Below, one piece after another: positions 29,294 to 32,000 of a stretch of 32,000 bases of DNA. This DNA comes from Candidatus Heimdallarchaeota archaeon. Lineage in GTDB: Archaea > Asgardarchaeota > Heimdallarchaeia > Heimdallarchaeales > Heimdallarchaeaceae. A model generated the notes under the pieces. The model worked only from the letters and a program-made list of their open reading frames with translations, ran no database searches and was not told the origin of the DNA. A program made the position numbers and the translations under genes. Numbering within the stretch: the stretch's first letter is position 1; every line of letters begins with the position of its first letter. The DNA is taken from assembly GCA_030668875.1 (NCBI GenBank), contig DAOVER010000022.1:24305-56304 (forward strand), in the 5' to 3' direction.

Positions 29294-29370
29294 TTCATCA
29301 CCGTATATAACTGAAGAGTGAAATTTTGCTCAATCTTGCCAAAGGAGGAAAAAGAAAAAAAAAGAAGAAC

Positions 29371-29703
29371 ATGGCTGTGAGTATAGACAATGGGATGGTG
29401 TATTCAGAGAATAATCATATCTATGGTAACCATTTCATTGATAATTATGAAGATAATTGGAGAAAAGCTCAAGCATATGATGAAGGACACGACAATCTTT
29501 GGTACAATCAACAAACGAATACAGGAAATTATTGGTCTGATTGTTCAGAAAAGGAATACATCATTGATGGTTATGCCGATGCCACAGATCCTTACCCAAT
29601 CGAAGAAACAGAGCAAGTTACAGGAGAAGGACTGGTTTTTCTAATTATACCCTTTTTAATACTTGCAATCATTAGAAGGAAGAGATTGAAAAGAAAGAAA
29701 TAG
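29371..29703 (+). pseudogene. C-terminal remnant of a parallel beta-helix (NosD-like) surface protein
   Basis: ENNHIYGNHFIDN...AYDEGHDNLW...GNYWSD...YIIDG...DPYPI is the usual end of archaeal NosD-like surface proteins, followed by a TM helix and RRKRLKRKK. There is no signal peptide or N-terminal repeats, and no room for them before the divergent gene. Confidence 0.6.
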
Positions 29704-29815
29704 CAAATAGAACTAATATAGTATTATAACAAATTTAATTCTCATCATCTTCACATGCTCATTCTATCAAATTCAGAACACTTATAATTTTTAAATCCAA
29801 TTTAATTTGAGAAAC

Positions 29816-30489
29816 ATGAGCAAATCTGGTTTCTCAAATGATATTCTTGATCTCGTTAATGATCCTATAAAAACAGCTGTTTGGTTCAAAATTATGCAAG
29901 ATGATGGTAAAATTGCAAAGGAAATTTCAAAAGGTTAAATTTGATAGGAACATATGTTTACTATCATCTGAATCATTTGAAAGAAAACAAGTTAATTACT
30001 TCAAAGTCAAAAGTAGTATTTGGTACTAATGTCATAGAAAAAATTTACAAAGTAAACCAAAAATTCTATGGTAAAGGTAAAACAGATTTAAGACCCAAGA
30101 TTAGAGATTCACCTAAAAAGATGCATGATGCAATATTGTTTCAGCTCTATTTGACAGTTTTTGCAGTAGGTAGGCAAATTGTAGAAATATCCAACATGTC
30201 TAATGCTGAGATAAAGAATCAAATCGATAACAAAACTCTTCCTTTTAGTAGATTGTTTTTTTGTAATGCTCAAGACTTACAACAAGCTACAGACATATTT
30301 ACTGACACTATACGTTCTCTTGATTCTATAAGAGAAGGAAAAGATCAAACTGAATACAAAAAGAACAGATTATGGGATTATTCTTGGGTTAGTCTCAATG
30401 TTCAGCCGAATTATCTCTTCTTTTCATCAAAATTCGCTAATTTCTACAAATCTTTCCACAAAACTTTGATGAAAAGGAGTATGGTTTGA
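29816..30489 (+). pseudogene. Frameshifted winged-HTH transcriptional regulator
   Basis: ATG 29816 gives MSKSGFSNDILDLVNDPIKTAVWFKIMQDDGKIAKEISKG* (TAA 29936-29938). One extra A in the A4 run at 29929-29932 joins it to the 29941 ORF as AKEISKRLNLIGTYVYYHLNHLKENKLI, an intact HTH. Confidence 0.75.
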
Positions 30490-30636
30490 TATGACAATAT
30501 ATTATATAAAGAATCATCAAACTAAATCTTCGTCCTTTCCTTTTTATTGAATTAGTGTTGGAAAGATATCCGAGTATGAAAGAAGATGAGAGAGGGAGAG
30601 ACAAAGATCATATGTCAATCCCATTCTAATAATATA

Positions 30637-31263
30637 TTAGACATTTCTGCGTTTTTTCCTAAAGAATACAATAACCATGTATGAAGATAGTGAAATAAAT
30701 GCTAAAGAGAATATGGGGGAAAATTTTACCTCATCAGTAGGTTGAAAATCAAAGCTGCTATACGTTATATTCATAATTCCAGAGGTTACTGAAATAGTTG
30801 TTAGTAATTCTTCTCCCTCAATACGTCTCCATAGAGTATAATTGCCATCTGGGAGCTGAGTCAAACCAGTTTGATTAACAAAGGCGCTAACAGCGTGCGT
30901 TTCTACAGTGATACCGGGTGAAAAGGTCTCGTAATAAATCATCCCGACTCCCATAGTATCAAGTTCCAATTTCAAGGAATGATTAACAAATGATGCATTA
31001 ATCCAGAGTTTAAGATCTGGTGCGATTATCGTCTGATTTTTATCAGCTTGATTTAAAATTTCTACTTCTGTTGTTATTCTAAACTTAGTATAATTCGCGA
31101 AATAGTCAGGATTATCGGAATCCAAACTATTTGTAATTTCTGTGATTTCTGAAATTCTAGAGGTAAGAACAGGTTCCTCCCCTGTAGCTGCTACCATACT
31201 AGGGACCATAATTAGTGTAATGATTCCTATTATTATGAAGTAGTTTTTTAATAATTTATACAT
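30637..31263 (-). CDS. Secreted/surface protein with signal peptide and C-terminal TM anchor plus basic tail
   Basis: N-terminus KLLKNYFIIIGIITLIMVPSMVAA, an Ig-like-looking beta-rich body, C-terminus SPIFSLAFISLSSYMVIVFFRKKRRNV. Confidence 0.8.
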   Translation of the reverse strand: MYKLLKNYFIIIGIITLIMVPSMVAATGEEPVLTSRISEITEITNSLDSDNPDYFANYTKFRITTEVEILNQADKNQTIIAPDLKLWINASFVNHSLKLELDTMGVGMIYYETFSPGITVETHAVSAFVNQTGLTQLPDGNYTLWRRIEGEELLTTISVTSGIMNITYSSFDFQPTDEVKFSPIFSLAFISLSSYMVIVFFRKKRRNV

Positions 31264-31342
31264 TCGTTTTTATTATTCTCCTTTTTATTTTTTCTATTCG
31301 TCAAATATCTAATGTACTACCTTACTTACCGACATTTATAAA

Positions 31343-31705
31343 TTATCTTGCAAGTCTACCTTCTGTATAAGCTCGACCATATGCCATATATGCATCTACG
31401 TAACCATATCCCATCTTTTGATCAAATGAGCTTCTTGAACTAGCATATTGTAAGATATCTATTACTTTTTGTAGAGACGGATCAGTTGACGAACCAATAC
31501 CCACATGATATCATGTTATTATTAGTACAATTATTGCTGCTAAATAAGGAGTACTCATACTAGTTCCTTCATTGTATTTCCAAGTTCCTCTATAACAACT
31601 CTGAGAAGAATCATAATAGGCATCTGCTAGTGCAGGTACCCCATTTCCCGGTTCTAACCAATTTATTATGTGATTTCCTGTCGTAGAAGAATTATACCAC
31701 GTACG
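31343..31705 (-). pseudogene. Remnant of a subtilisin-like S8 serine protease (C-terminal third), not in the ORF track
   Basis: Manual translation: TWYNSSTTGNHIINWLEPGNGVPALADAYY...NEGTSMSTPYLAAIIVLIIT*YHVGIG...KMGYGYVDAYMAYGRAYTEGRLAR*. GTSMSTP (31547-31567) is the catalytic-Ser motif and GYGYVDA the terminal motif. There is an internal TGA at 31511-31513 and an upstream in-frame TAA at 31706-31708. Confidence 0.85.
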
Positions 31706-32000
31706 TTATGAAACTTGGTTAAACCTGCCAGAGGCGGTCTAACCGTCGTTTAAGTGGGTCCCCTCACGTGCGTTGAGGGGAAGAATCATGAGGATCATGA
31801 TTGGGGAAGGAATGAAGGGAGTGCGCATTTACTCCGACAACATTCCTGCCATTGCGCTTCGTGCTGTATGGTTCAAGCTTTATTAACTGAGGGACAAGTA
31901 TTCAAACACTTGCGAACCATAAATATGGCGAGTTTTCGCCAAGCACTACCCATATATCAGCACTTTCCTATATAAACTCGTAGAAAAATGGAAGAAAATT
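31706..32000. mobile_element. Probable end of an inserted element (family unresolved), continuing beyond the window
   Basis: It begins where the protease frame is cut, GC rises (62/120 at 31741-31860), it is non-coding and hairpin-rich, and an ATG GAA GAA AAT opens on + at 31988. Confidence 0.5.
31717..31963. ncRNA. Candidate structured RNA of about 250 nt
   Basis: Stems read directly: GGTTA..ACC.GCC/GGC.GGT.TAACC (31717-31744), CCCCTCA/TGAGGGG (31760-31780), AATCATGA/TCATGATT (31784-31802), AGGAATG/CATTCCT enclosing GGAGT/ACTCC (31808-31847), and GTGCTG/CAGCAC (31861-31963) enclosing TATGGTTC/GAACCATA and TGGCGA/TCGCCA. Confidence 0.55.

Noticed and set aside
30490-30636. Possible remnant of another TM + basic tail on the minus strand (LPLSSSFILGYLSNTNSIKRKGRR)
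   Set aside because: Short, low-complexity and interrupted by a stop; cannot be distinguished from chance.
31511-31513. TGA read-through (selenocysteine) in the subtilase
   Set aside because: The position is not catalytic, the gene is also 5'-truncated, and a single GGA-to-TGA change explains it.
31754-31975. 73-aa ORF across the structured segment
   Set aside because: Atypical composition, no ribosome-binding motif, and it coincides with the hairpin-dense, GC-shifted region; better explained as non-coding.
31706-31990. Group II intron, SRP RNA or RNase P RNA identity for the structured segment
   Set aside because: No domain V (AGC/CGC triad with GNRA hairpin) near the junction, no GUGYG at the boundary, no SRP helix-8 motif, and no RNase P GAGGAAAGUCC core on either strand. 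Rejected by eye only; an Rfam search is still needed.

Overview
AT-rich window (roughly one-third GC by eye), probably archaeal and most like Asgard/Heimdallarchaeia. This is inferred from GGTGA/GAGGT ribosome-binding motifs, TrmB-type HTH domains and surface proteins ending in a TM helix plus basic tail; it was not tested phylogenetically. Left to right: the 3' end of a proline-free coiled-coil gene; a 1474-aa protein in which a TrmB-type wHTH and a TrmB-type C-terminal domain are separated by about 1250 aa of 11-residue-periodic coiled coil; a small Cys-rich ORF; a bacterial-type GAPDH; two membrane/surface proteins; ornithine aminotransferase; a CaCA exchanger; a 9-PAS sensor ending in a His-less DHp-like helix with no kinase domain; a sugar ABC importer with a fused, expanded MalF-MalG permease; a Cys-free tandem Moco-fold-like protein; and a heterodimeric ABC exporter. 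From about 26.4 kb the region looks accessory and partly decayed: an ArsR fusion, a membrane gene with a probable ATA start, a beta-helix surface-protein remnant, a frameshifted wHTH, a surface protein and a subtilase remnant. The subtilase remnant is cut at about 31705 by a GC-richer, hairpin-dense non-coding segment of about 280 nt that precedes an ATG at the window edge, a candidate mobile-element end carrying a structured RNA. No rRNA, tRNA or CRISPR array was recognised. All family calls come from motifs read by eye; no searches were run.
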